A stretch of 64,000 nucleotides of DNA from an uncultured Gemmatimonadales bacterium (GTDB lineage: Bacteria; Gemmatimonadota; Gemmatimonadetes; Gemmatimonadales; GWC2-71-9): positions 192,001 through 256,000 of the forward strand of contig CAWHFW010000002.1 of the NCBI GenBank assembly GCA_963828735.1. Direction: 5' to 3'. Below are positions 1 through 8,828 of this stretch, one piece after another; the first letter of the stretch is position 1; each line of letters opens with the position of its first letter. The notes below the pieces were generated by a model. The model did no database searches. It was not told the DNA's origin and worked only from the letters and a program-made list of their open reading frames with translations. The translations under genes and the position numbers were made by a program.

Positions 1-965
1 AGGAACGGAAGCGTCCCGTAGCGCGCGCCCAGTCGGAGCGGAACTCGGTTCGGCCGGCGAAGGTCCGACGCGAATTCGGCGCCCAGCGATACCTCCACCG
101 TGTTGTCGGAGCCGACGCCGCCGATCGACTGCAGGTCGCTGTTCGCGCCGGACCAGGTCCGCACCAGCAGTTGGCTCCCGAGCTCGAGTCGAGCCTGCGG
201 GTGCCAGCGGAGGCCCAGCCCGAAGGTATACGGCAGGTCCACGGTGCTGGTGCGGCTCGAATCGAGATCGACATTCGCGTGCCCGTCAGACCGAACCGTG
301 GCCGCGACGCTGAATCCCGGCCCGAAGTTCCGGATCACTCCTACGTCGAACCCGACCCCGGCGTACGACAGCTCAGAGCTCTGGGTGGCGGCCTGGTAGG
401 TCGTATCGGCGAACGCCCGACGAAACCGCAGGCGGTTGGAGCCGGTGATGATGTGGAAGGAGCCACCGAACAGCCAAACGTTTCCGGCGCGGTAGGCGCC
501 CGCGAAGCGCAGGTCGCTCAAGCCGCCCCGCGAGGAGAAGGTGTCCCGCACCGGGACCAGGACGTCGCGCAGAATGATGGTGTCGCTGCTCGCCAGCGTG
601 AAGTCACGGCTGGTATAGCTGCCGAAGCTGATGCCGAGGACGGCCGGAGCCTGTCGAACCGGACCGACGATCGATACGTAGGGAAAGCGGGTCTCGCGCA
701 GCGACGCGGTGCCCGCCGGGTTCTCGACGTGCCGGAAATCCTGGAGCGACGTGAATTGGCCGGTCAGCGCGCCCACGCTGCCCAGGGCGGCCGGATTGAG
801 GCCGGACGCTCCGTCGAACATCCCGAACGCGCCGCCGAGGGAAAAGGTGCGCACGCTGAGCGGCCGCCCCGGCATCCCGAGGCCCCGCACGCCGAACTGC
901 GAGGACTGCGCGACCGCGCCAGCGGGCAGCAGCGCGAGGGCGAGGGCGATCAGAGCTCGGCGCAC
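1..965 (-). CDS. Outer-membrane beta-barrel protein (FadL/PorV-like), 3' end runs off window
   Basis: Not in the ORF track (no stop in window). Hand translation from GTG 965 gives MRRALIALALLLPAGAVAQSSQFGVRGLG...NPAAL..., a signal peptide followed by alternating amphipathic strands. Starts right after the stop of the upstream gene. Confidence 0.65.
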   Translation of the reverse strand, partial: MRRALIALALALLPAGAVAQSSQFGVRGLGMPGRPLSVRTFSLGGAFGMFDGASGLNPAALGSVGALTGQFTSLQDFRHVENPAGTASLRETRFPYVSIVGPVRQAPAVLGISFGSYTSRDFTLASSDTIILRDVLVPVRDTFSSRGGLSDLRFAGAYRAGNVWLFGGSFHIITGSNRLRFRRAFADTTYQAATQSSELSYAGVGFDVGVIRNFGPGFSVAATVRSDGHANVDLDSSRTSTVDLPYTFGLGLRWHPQARLELGSQLLVRTWSGANSDLQSIGGVGSDNTVEVSLGAEFASDLRRPNRVPLRLGARYGTLPF

Positions 966-2216
966 TTACGGGTTCTCGAAGGGGAAGGTGCGCTGGTACG
1001 TGATCCGAAGCCGGGGCGCGACCAGCGCCGAGGGGTCGGGACCATGCGACCGCGTGGAGTAGAAGACGGCGCGGGCGAACGTGGCCGCCTCGGGCAGCAG
1101 CCGGAGAAAGATGCTCTGCGGGCGGTCGCGCGAGGTCTGCCACAGCTGCATGATGCGGGTGACGTCCACCCGCACGGTGTCGGACTGGACGGTCGGGAGC
1201 GTGTCCAGCTTGATGAACGTCGCATCGCCGGTGATGGGCGACTTGGCTCCGATGTCACCCACGACCGCAAGCGCCTGCAGGGCGGACGGATCGTTCGGCA
1301 GCCCGATGATCGGTTGAACCGGGGTCAGCTCCAGGGTCGCGCGGACGACCGTGGCCGAGTCGAGGAACCCGTTGGAGAGCCCGAACCGGATCAGGGCCCG
1401 GTTGGACGGCTCGCTCCCCACCGTGAGCAGCGAATCGACCGGCACGATCGGGTTCTGCGTGACGAAGGTGTTGAACGCCGTGGCGCGGCTCAGAGACTGG
1501 TTGCGGACCGAGCCCGTGTCCGGAATGTCCACGGTCACGAAGGTCGTGAACGTGGCGGCGGTCCCCGAGGCCAGCGAGCCCACCCGGATTCCGGTCCCTA
1601 CCTCGGCCGTCATGCGAAGGCCGATCACGAGCGTACTGTCGGCGCCCGTCAGGGCGATCTGGCTCAGCTCTGCGCCGCTGAGCGGCGCGCCGACCGTTCC
1701 CGTGTTGACGGAGTCGGGCACCGCGATGCTGTCGATCAGATTGGCGGGGCTCAGCAGCGGATCGACATCCGCGAACGTGGCCGTGCTGTCGACCGTGCTC
1801 GGGAGACGGTAGAGGTAGAGCTTGAGGCCGTTCACGAGCGTGTCGCGCGCCACGATCGTGATGTTGATGAGGGCCGAGTCGATGACATAGGTGTGGAACG
1901 TGTCGCGCACGGCGATCTGGTCGCTCCGCGGCACGAAGCGATAGATGGCCCGATCCTCCGACGCGACATACCCGCTCGAGAGCAGCAACGCGCTGCCGCC
2001 CCCCCGCCCGACATAGCCGCCGCTCGCGGCCTCCGCGGCGGTGGGGAAGCTGCTGTCCCGCCCCGCAGCGGCAGACACGATCGTGTCGAACACCCGCGGC
2101 GCGCCGCCCGGACAGAGCGCCGGGCACTCCGCCGGAGAGGTGAGGCGCTCCTGACAGGCGGTGATGATGGTGGCGCCGAGGATGAAGGCGGCGGCCCAGG
2201 CGGCCAGGCGCCTCAC
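966..2216 (-). CDS. Putative lipoprotein, beta-rich
   Basis: GTG 2216 overlaps the cdd stop. N-terminus VRRLAAWAAAFILGATIITAC has a lipobox-like ITAC. T/D/S/V-rich. Confidence 0.65.
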   Translation of the reverse strand: MRRLAAWAAAFILGATIITACQERLTSPAECPALCPGGAPRVFDTIVSAAAGRDSSFPTAAEAASGGYVGRGGGSALLLSSGYVASEDRAIYRFVPRSDQIAVRDTFHTYVIDSALINITIVARDTLVNGLKLYLYRLPSTVDSTATFADVDPLLSPANLIDSIAVPDSVNTGTVGAPLSGAELSQIALTGADSTLVIGLRMTAEVGTGIRVGSLASGTAATFTTFVTVDIPDTGSVRNQSLSRATAFNTFVTQNPIVPVDSLLTVGSEPSNRALIRFGLSNGFLDSATVVRATLELTPVQPIIGLPNDPSALQALAVVGDIGAKSPITGDATFIKLDTLPTVQSDTVRVDVTRIMQLWQTSRDRPQSIFLRLLPEAATFARAVFYSTRSHGPDPSALVAPRLRITYQRTFPFENP

Positions 2217-2599
2217 GCGAGCTGCTCCGGCCCGAACGCCGAAGGCAGGAGCTCCGTCATGGTCCAGCTCACGGTCCCCGCCGAACCCACGCCGTCTACG
2301 CGCAGGTCGCGCCCGAACTCGGAGAGGACCTGGCGGCAAGCGCCGCACGGCGCGGCCGGCGGGTCGGCATCGCTGACGACGACCGCGCGACGGAGTCGCT
2401 GGACCCCTGCCGCCACGGCGGCGCACACCGCCGCCCGCTCCGCGCAGATGGTCAGGCCGTACGAGGCGTTCTCGACGTTGCAGCCGACGAACACGCGGCC
2501 GTCCTCCGCCTCGAGCGCGCAGCCGACCTTGAATCGGGAATAGGGGGCATAGGCGCGACGCTGAACCGCGCGCGCCGCCTCCACCAGAGCATCAGTCAC
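2213..2599 (-). CDS. cdd: Cytidine deaminase
   Basis: AYAPYSRFKVG, GCNVENASYG, CAER and PCGACRQ zinc motifs of homotetrameric Cdd. Confidence 0.95.
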   Translation of the reverse strand: MTDALVEAARAVQRRAYAPYSRFKVGCALEAEDGRVFVGCNVENASYGLTICAERAAVCAAVAAGVQRLRRAVVVSDADPPAAPCGACRQVLSEFGRDLRVDGVGSAGTVSWTMTELLPSAFGPEQLA

Positions 2600-3761
2600 G
2601 CCAGACCTCGGACAGAAATGACGTGCCCGCCGTAAGAGGGGGCACGCCCAGGAAGTCGGCCACCGTCTGGCCGACGTCGGCGAATGTTCGGCGGCGGCCC
2701 AACGCGACCGGCCGCACACGTGGGCCGACCACCAGTACCGGCACCACTTCGCGCGAGTGGTCGGTGGATGGCGTCGTCGGATCGTTGCCGTGATCGGCCG
2801 TAAAGATAACGAGGTCCTCGTCTCGCACCCGCGCGAGTATCCGTGGCAGCGCGCGATCGAGCGCCAGCAGACCGCGGTGAAAGCCGGGCACGTCGTTCCG
2901 GTGCCCCCACGTTTGGTCGAATTCGATCACATTGGCGAGCAACAGGCCGCGATTCATGGACGTCAGCGCACCTTCGATCAGGCTATAGGCTTCGCCGTTG
3001 GTCGCCGTGTGTATGCTGGAGATGCCCCGCCCCGCGAACAGGTCGTCCACCTTGCCGACCCCGACACGGGGGATGTGGTGCTCGACCAGCCGATCGAGCA
3101 GGGTCGCGGCCGGCGGCGGCAGGCTGTAGTCCTTCCGCTCCGGGGTGCGCTCCCAGGCTCCAGGCGACCCCCTGAAAGGTCGTGCGATGACCCGCGAGAC
3201 CGCGTGCCGGCCCTGCAGCAATGCCCTGGCCGCCGCGCAGGCGGCGTACAACTCGGCCAGCGGCACCGTCTGTTCGTGCGCGGCCACCTGGAAGACGCTA
3301 TCGGCGGAGGTGTAGACGATCCAGTTGCCCGTCCGCTGGTGTGCCTCGCCGTACTCCTCGAGGACCTGCGTGCCGGAGGCGGCCTTGTTTCCGAGGACGC
3401 CGCGCCCCGTGAGCCGCGAGAACTCGGCGATCACATCGGCCGGGAACCCGTCCGGGTACGTCGGAAACGGCTGGTCGAGGACCAGCCCGCACAGCTCCCA
3501 GTGTCCCGTGATGCTGTCCTTGCCGGCGCTGATCGGATCGGCGAGGCCGTAGGCCGCGGTCGGCCGCGGCACCGGGGCCAACCCATCGATCGCCGCGCAG
3601 CAGCCGAGGCCGAGCGCCTCGAGGGTGGGCAGCGCGAGGCCACCGACCGCGCGGGCGACGTTCCCCAGGGTGTTGCTACCCGCGTCGCCATACGCGTCGG
3701 TGTCCGCGGTCTCGCCGATACCGAGCCCGTCGAGGACGATGATCGCGGCGCGTCGAGTCAC
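2592..3761 (-). CDS. deoB: Phosphopentomutase
   Basis: IVLDGLGIG, GKDSITGHWE, YTSADSVFQ, GHRND, TADHGNDPT and DHSRE motifs. Confidence 0.95.
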   Translation of the reverse strand: MTRRAAIIVLDGLGIGETADTDAYGDAGSNTLGNVARAVGGLALPTLEALGLGCCAAIDGLAPVPRPTAAYGLADPISAGKDSITGHWELCGLVLDQPFPTYPDGFPADVIAEFSRLTGRGVLGNKAASGTQVLEEYGEAHQRTGNWIVYTSADSVFQVAAHEQTVPLAELYAACAAARALLQGRHAVSRVIARPFRGSPGAWERTPERKDYSLPPPAATLLDRLVEHHIPRVGVGKVDDLFAGRGISSIHTATNGEAYSLIEGALTSMNRGLLLANVIEFDQTWGHRNDVPGFHRGLLALDRALPRILARVRDEDLVIFTADHGNDPTTPSTDHSREVVPVLVVGPRVRPVALGRRRTFADVGQTVADFLGVPPLTAGTSFLSEVWRD

Positions 3762-4006
3762 GGGCGCGTCGCGGTCTTCACGAAACGGAAGCGCAGGGCC
3801 GTAATCGTCTGATCCAGCAGCTGGCGCTCGTCGGGCTCGAGCCGCCCTTCGGTTTTTTCCTGGAGCATACCGAGCGTGTCGATCAGGGTCTGGGCCACGA
3901 GGCGCGGGTTGCCGGCGGCTTCGGCGCCCGGCGGCACGGTGCCGCCGAGCGCCGAGTCGGCCTGGTGGGCCAGGCCCAGGACCAGCGATGCGAAATGGGC
4001 GTTCAT
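3758..4006 (-). CDS. Small DUF1844-like protein
   Basis: MNAHFASLVLGLAHQA...AQTLIDTLGMLQEKTEGRLEPDERQLL. Overlaps alr and deoB by 4 bp each. Confidence 0.75.
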   Translation of the reverse strand: MNAHFASLVLGLAHQADSALGGTVPPGAEAAGNPRLVAQTLIDTLGMLQEKTEGRLEPDERQLLDQTITALRFRFVKTATRP

Positions 4007-5097
4007 CCGTCCCTCCCGTAGCGGCGGGGGACCCGCGCGCCGAGCGCCGTGAGCATTTCGTACGCGATCGTTCCCGCCGCGGCGGCCTGCTGGTCGAGGG
4101 AGAGGCGCCCGCCGTAGACCGTGGCCACATCGCCGATCGTGGGGGCCGCATCGCCGACATCGACCATGGTCATGTCCATCGTCACCCGGCCGACGACCGG
4201 GACCAGGGTGCCGCCCAGCTCGACGACCCGCGGTGGGCGGCTCGCCGCGCACGGGTCTGCCGCCCGAAAGAACCCGTCGGCGTACCCGAGGGTCAGGGTC
4301 GCAACGGTGGTCTCGCAGGGCGCACGCCACGTGGCGCCGTAGCTCACGCTCTCCCCCGCCCCGACGCGGCGGACGCCCGTCACCCGCGTGCGCAATGTCA
4401 CGACCGGTGCGGGCGCCACGCCACCGGCGCCGCCGCCGTACAGGAAGATGCCAGGCCGGATCAGGTCGGCGGCGAATGCTCGGCCGCGAAGGGCGGCGGC
4501 GCTGTTGGCGGCATGCACGAGCTGAGGACGGCGCGGGAGCGAGGCCAGTACGTCCTGAAACCGCTGCCATTGCTGCGTCGCGGACGCCGGATCCGTATCC
4601 GCGCTGTGAAAGTGCGTGAAAACCCCTTCCCAGCCGGGTGCCGCCGCGAGGCGTGAACGCGCGGCGGCCAACGCGAGCCCGTCGTTCCACCGGATCCCCG
4701 CGCGGGCCATGCCGGTGTCGATCTCGACGTGAAAGGGTCGCTCGCCGCGCGCGCACCACGCCTCGAGGGCCGACGGGTCGCCGATGGTGGGACGAAGATC
4801 GTGGGCCAGGTGCGCGTCGACGGCGTCGGGCAGGAGTGGGCTGAAAACGAGGATTGGCCGCGCGATCCCGGCGGCGCGCAGTGCCGCTCCCTCTTCGGCG
4901 GACGCCACCCCGAACCCCCACGGCTCGAGCGGCTCGAGCGCGCGCGCCACGGCGACGGCGCCCAGGCCATAACCGTTAGCTTTGACCATCGGCAACAGGC
5001 GGCTCCCGGACAGGGCCGCGAGGGTGCGCGCGTTGGCCCTGAGCGCGCCCAGATCGACGTCCACCCAGGCGCGGGCCGTGTCGGAGGTAAAGGTCAT
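4003..5097 (-). CDS. alr: Alanine racemase
   Basis: MVKANGYGLG PLP-lysine motif, DTGMARAG, ANSAA, RPGIFLYG, SYG, GYADG, GRVTMD. Confidence 0.95.
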   Translation of the reverse strand: MTFTSDTARAWVDVDLGALRANARTLAALSGSRLLPMVKANGYGLGAVAVARALEPLEPWGFGVASAEEGAALRAAGIARPILVFSPLLPDAVDAHLAHDLRPTIGDPSALEAWCARGERPFHVEIDTGMARAGIRWNDGLALAAARSRLAAAPGWEGVFTHFHSADTDPASATQQWQRFQDVLASLPRRPQLVHAANSAAALRGRAFAADLIRPGIFLYGGGAGGVAPAPVVTLRTRVTGVRRVGAGESVSYGATWRAPCETTVATLTLGYADGFFRAADPCAASRPPRVVELGGTLVPVVGRVTMDMTMVDVGDAAPTIGDVATVYGGRLSLDQQAAAAGTIAYEMLTALGARVPRRYGRDG

Positions 5098-5135
5098 GGC
5101 AAGCCGGCGGGTATCTTATTCCTGACGAGGCATAA

Positions 5136-5945
5136 ATGCAAGAGAATTCAGCGCTTGGACGTGCTCTGGCGATGGTGCGCGATCTCAGGAGTCGCTGCCC
5201 GTGGGATCGGGCACAGACCCGTGAATCGCTGCGCCCCTACCTCGTCGAGGAGGTGCTCGAGCTCGACCATGCGCTGGGGGAGGGCGACGTCCGCCCGATC
5301 CGCGACGAGCTGAGCGATCTGCTGCTCCATTTGGCCTTTCAACTCGTCATCGCGGAGGAGCGTGGCGAGTTCTCGGCCGACGACGTCGCGGCCGGCCTCG
5401 AGGCGAAGATGCGGCGGCGCCACCCGCACCTGTTCGATCTCGGGGAGGCCGAGGCCTGGGAGCGCATCAAGCGGAAGGAGCGCCGCGGGCGCACGCTCGT
5501 CGGCATTGTTCCAACTCTGCCGGCGCTCCTCAAGGCCTATCGGCTGCAGGAGCGCGCGGCCTCGGTGGGGTTCGACTGGCCGGACGCATCCGGTCCCGTG
5601 GCCAAGGTGCGGGAGGAGCTGGCGGAGGTGGAAGCCGAGCTGGTGCACCCCGGCACGATGTCCGCGGGGCCCGGTCCCAGCGACCCGAACACACCAGCGC
5701 CGAAGGCGAGCGATGCAATGGCTCAGGAGATCGGCGACCTGCTGTTCGCCGTCGTGAACCTTGCGCGGAAGGTCGGAGTGGATCCGGGGACGGCCCTCGA
5801 CCGCGCGAATCGCAAGTTCCAGGACCGGTTCGACGCGATCGAGCGGCTGGCCGAGGCTCGCGGGCTAGAGATCGACCGCGCCGGGCTCGACGCCCTGGAT
5901 CGGTTGTGGGACGAGGTCAAGGCGATGGAGGAGGCTCAGGTGTGA
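5136..5945 (+). CDS. mazG: Nucleoside triphosphate pyrophosphohydrolase MazG (tandem domain)
   Basis: CPWDRAQT, EEVLE, ELSDLL, RRHPH, GFDW, EIGDLLFAVVNLAR, NRKF, LWDEVK. Confidence 0.93.
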   Translation: MQENSALGRALAMVRDLRSRCPWDRAQTRESLRPYLVEEVLELDHALGEGDVRPIRDELSDLLLHLAFQLVIAEERGEFSADDVAAGLEAKMRRRHPHLFDLGEAEAWERIKRKERRGRTLVGIVPTLPALLKAYRLQERAASVGFDWPDASGPVAKVREELAEVEAELVHPGTMSAGPGPSDPNTPAPKASDAMAQEIGDLLFAVVNLARKVGVDPGTALDRANRKFQDRFDAIERLAEARGLEIDRAGLDALDRLWDEVKAMEEAQV

Positions 5946-5957
5946 CCCGATCTCCGC

Positions 5958-7253
5958 CTAGGGGTACAGCCTGTGGATCTGCCTCGGAAACGCGATGGCT
6001 TCCCTGATGTGCGGGATGCCCGCCATCCACGCCACGGTCCGCTCGATGCCGAGGCCGAAGCCCGAGTGCACGAACGTCCCGTATTTCCGAAGGTCGAGAT
6101 ACCAGCGGTACGCCTCGGGATCGAGACCCTGCTTCACGATCCGCGCGAGCAGGCGGTCGTAGTCGTCCTCCCGCTGAGAGCCGCCGATGATCTCGCCATA
6201 CCCTTCCGGCGCCAGGCAGTCATTGTTGAGGACGGTGCGCGGATCGTCGGGATTCTCCTTCATGTAGAACGCCTTCACCTCTTTGGGGTAGTTGAAGACG
6301 AACAGCGGCCGATCGTACTCCTTGGCCAGCAGCGTCTCATCGTCTCCGCCGAGGTCGTCGCCCCACTTGATGTCGGAGCCGAGCGCGTTGAGCTTCGTCA
6401 CGGCGTCGCTGTAGCTGATCCGCGGGAACGGCGGCATCACCCGCTCGAGCGGCGTGGTATCGCGCTCGAACTCCTTCAACTCCTCCTTGCGGCGATCGAG
6501 CACGCGTGCCACGATGTAGCTCACGAAGGATTCCTGCAGCCGCATGTTGGCATCGGAGTCGTTGAACGCCACCTCGGGCTCGACCATCCAGAATTCGGTC
6601 AGGTGGCGGCGCGTCTTCGACTTCTCGGCCCGGAAGGTGGGCCCGAAGCAGTACACCTTTCCGAGGGCAGCGGCCGCAGCTTCCACGTACAGCTGGCCGG
6701 TCTGCGCCAGGTAGGCCTTGCCGAGATCGAAGTAGTCCGTGGCGAACAGGTTGCCCGCTTCCTCGCCGATCGCGCCGGTCAGGATCGGGGTATCCACCAG
6801 GGTAAACCCCTCCTGGTAGAAGTAGTCCCGGATCCCCTGTTCCACCTCGTGCCGGAGCCGGGCGAGCGCCACCTGCCGGCGAGTCCTGAGCCACAAGTGT
6901 CTATGCTCAAAGAGGAACGTCGTCCCATGCTCTTTGGGGGAGATCGGGTAGTCGGGACTGGCGCCGATGGGGTCGAGGCCGGTCACTGAGAGCTCGACCC
7001 CACCCGGCGAGCGAGGGTCGTCACGGACCATCCCCGTCATCGCCACACTGGCCTCCTGGGTGAGCGCGCCGAACGCGCCCCAGGTCTGGTCCGACACCTC
7101 CTTCTTGGACAGGACCCCTTGCACGGTGCCCGTGCCGTCCCGCAGGACCACGAACGCGATCTTGCCGCTCGACCGGGTCGTCACGACCCAGCCGCGCACG
7201 GTCACCGTTTCGCCCACGTGTCCACGCAGCTCACCGATCCACACCGACGTCAT
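5958..7253 (-). CDS. asnS: Asparagine--tRNA ligase
   Basis: OB-fold start, [52 protein letters not shown]. Confidence 0.95.
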   Translation of the reverse strand: MTSVWIGELRGHVGETVTVRGWVVTTRSSGKIAFVVLRDGTGTVQGVLSKKEVSDQTWGAFGALTQEASVAMTGMVRDDPRSPGGVELSVTGLDPIGASPDYPISPKEHGTTFLFEHRHLWLRTRRQVALARLRHEVEQGIRDYFYQEGFTLVDTPILTGAIGEEAGNLFATDYFDLGKAYLAQTGQLYVEAAAAALGKVYCFGPTFRAEKSKTRRHLTEFWMVEPEVAFNDSDANMRLQESFVSYIVARVLDRRKEELKEFERDTTPLERVMPPFPRISYSDAVTKLNALGSDIKWGDDLGGDDETLLAKEYDRPLFVFNYPKEVKAFYMKENPDDPRTVLNNDCLAPEGYGEIIGGSQREDDYDRLLARIVKQGLDPEAYRWYLDLRKYGTFVHSGFGLGIERTVAWMAGIPHIREAIAFPRQIHRLYP

Positions 7254-7277
7254 GCCTGTTCCGCTGTGAAATTGGGG

Positions 7278-8360
7278 ATGTCCAAGGGAGCGTTGAGTCT
7301 AGTCCTCCTCGTGTGGACCGTCAACGCGGGCTGCTCGCGGGGACCGCAAGGGTTGGCCGCGGGCGCGCCCGTCGCCGTCGAGCCGGAGCGGTCCAAGGAC
7401 GCTCCCGAGCAGGTCTGGAGCGCCAAGGCCGGGCGGCGGCTGACCGGACAACTCGTGGTCGCCGACGAGACGATCTATGCTGCCGGGGTGGATCGGAAGG
7501 TCTTCGCGGTGGACCTCGCCTCGGGCAAGCCGCTGTGGTCGTCGCGGCTGGGGGGCGTGATCGGGGGTGGCGTCGTCGTGGTGGGCGATACCGTCTTCGC
7601 GGCGACCTCGCGGCCCGAGGGCAAAGTGCACGCGCTCGATGGCCGAACCGGGAAGCGATACTGGCGCACGACCACCGGCGCGGTGAGTGCGCCGCTGGCC
7701 ATGGTGGACAGCATCCTCGTAGCGGAGAGCCAGAAGGGAGACATCGTCGGCCTCGATCCCCGGAGCGGCCAGCTTCGCTGGCATCGGCGACTCGGCGTCG
7801 CCCGGGTGCCCGCCGTCCCGACGAAGGGCGGGACGATGGTGGTGGCGACGGTGGATTCACTGTTCCGGATGCAGGCGCGGGATGGAAAGGTCCTCCGGCG
7901 CGAGTCCTCGCCCGGCACCGTCGTCTCGCCGTGGATCTCACACCATGGCCTGCTCGTCGCCGGCACGACCGACTCGTTGGTCGTGGCCGTGGATCCCGAC
8001 AGCCTGGAGACTCGCTGGCGCGTCCAGCTCGACGCACCCGTCCTTACGTCGCCCGCGTCGTCGGGTGATACGCTGTACGCGGTGAGCCGCCGCGGCAGCT
8101 TCTACCGCATTGTGGGCGACCCGACGCCGAGGGCCGAACGGCTGGCCGACCTCGACTGGCCGGTCACGGCGCCCGTCACGGTGGTCGACGGCCTCATCCT
8201 GCTGGGCGGCGCCGACGGGACGCTCCGGGCGTTCCGCCCGGACGGGAAAGAGGCCTGGCGGCTACAGCTGCGATGGCCGGTCGAGCTCGGCGTGACTCTG
8301 GTAGACGGTGGGATGCTCGCGGTCGGCGGCGACGGCGACGTGCACCGGTACCGCCGATGA
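7278..8360 (+). CDS. PQQ-like beta-propeller lipoprotein (BamB-like)
   Basis: Lipobox-like NAGC and repeated A(L/V)DxxxGxxxW blades. Confidence 0.75.
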   Translation: MSKGALSLVLLVWTVNAGCSRGPQGLAAGAPVAVEPERSKDAPEQVWSAKAGRRLTGQLVVADETIYAAGVDRKVFAVDLASGKPLWSSRLGGVIGGGVVVVGDTVFAATSRPEGKVHALDGRTGKRYWRTTTGAVSAPLAMVDSILVAESQKGDIVGLDPRSGQLRWHRRLGVARVPAVPTKGGTMVVATVDSLFRMQARDGKVLRRESSPGTVVSPWISHHGLLVAGTTDSLVVAVDPDSLETRWRVQLDAPVLTSPASSGDTLYAVSRRGSFYRIVGDPTPRAERLADLDWPVTAPVTVVDGLILLGGADGTLRAFRPDGKEAWRLQLRWPVELGVTLVDGGMLAVGGDGDVHRYRR

Positions 8361-8821
8361 CCCGCCTCCTCGCGCTGATCCTCGGGTTGGCGCTCGCGGC
8401 GCCGCCGGTCATGGCCCAGGATCAGGGCCCGACCTCCAAGCCGTTGGTCAAGTACGGGAAGTGGCTCTTGGCCGCGGGTGCGGTGGGTATGAACCTTCTC
8501 GCCGCGCAGGCGCACAATCATGCCGACGATCAGTTCAACATGCTCGAACAGCGCTGCTTCGAGAACCAGACGGCCTGCGATCTCGACGCGAGCGGCGCCT
8601 ATGCGGACCCGGTCTCCGAGGCGCTGTACCAGGAGTCGCTGAGCTACGACCGGGAGGCCCGGGCCTGGCTCTTCGGTGGAGAGACCGCCCTCGTCGCCGC
8701 GGGGGCGATGTTCGTGTGGGAGCTGACCCGGCACACTCCGAAGCCGGACAACATCCCCTTCGAGCCGGAAGTGCGGACGCTGCGTCAAGCGACCGGGATC
8801 GGGATCAAGATCGGGTTCTAG
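8357..8821 (+). CDS. Hypothetical exported/membrane protein
   Basis: ATGA overlap with upstream gene, signal peptide [20 protein letters not shown], Cys pair, C-terminal ...GIGIKIGF. Confidence 0.65.
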   Translation: MTRLLALILGLALAAPPVMAQDQGPTSKPLVKYGKWLLAAGAVGMNLLAAQAHNHADDQFNMLEQRCFENQTACDLDASGAYADPVSEALYQESLSYDREARAWLFGGETALVAAGAMFVWELTRHTPKPDNIPFEPEVRTLRQATGIGIKIGF

Positions 8822-8828
8822 CAGGGTC

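Noticed and set aside
5136..5945. MazG as part of a toxin-antitoxin or anti-phage module
   Set aside because: Ordinary tandem-domain housekeeping MazG with no mazEF or defence neighbours; only a short Pro-rich loop insert is atypical.
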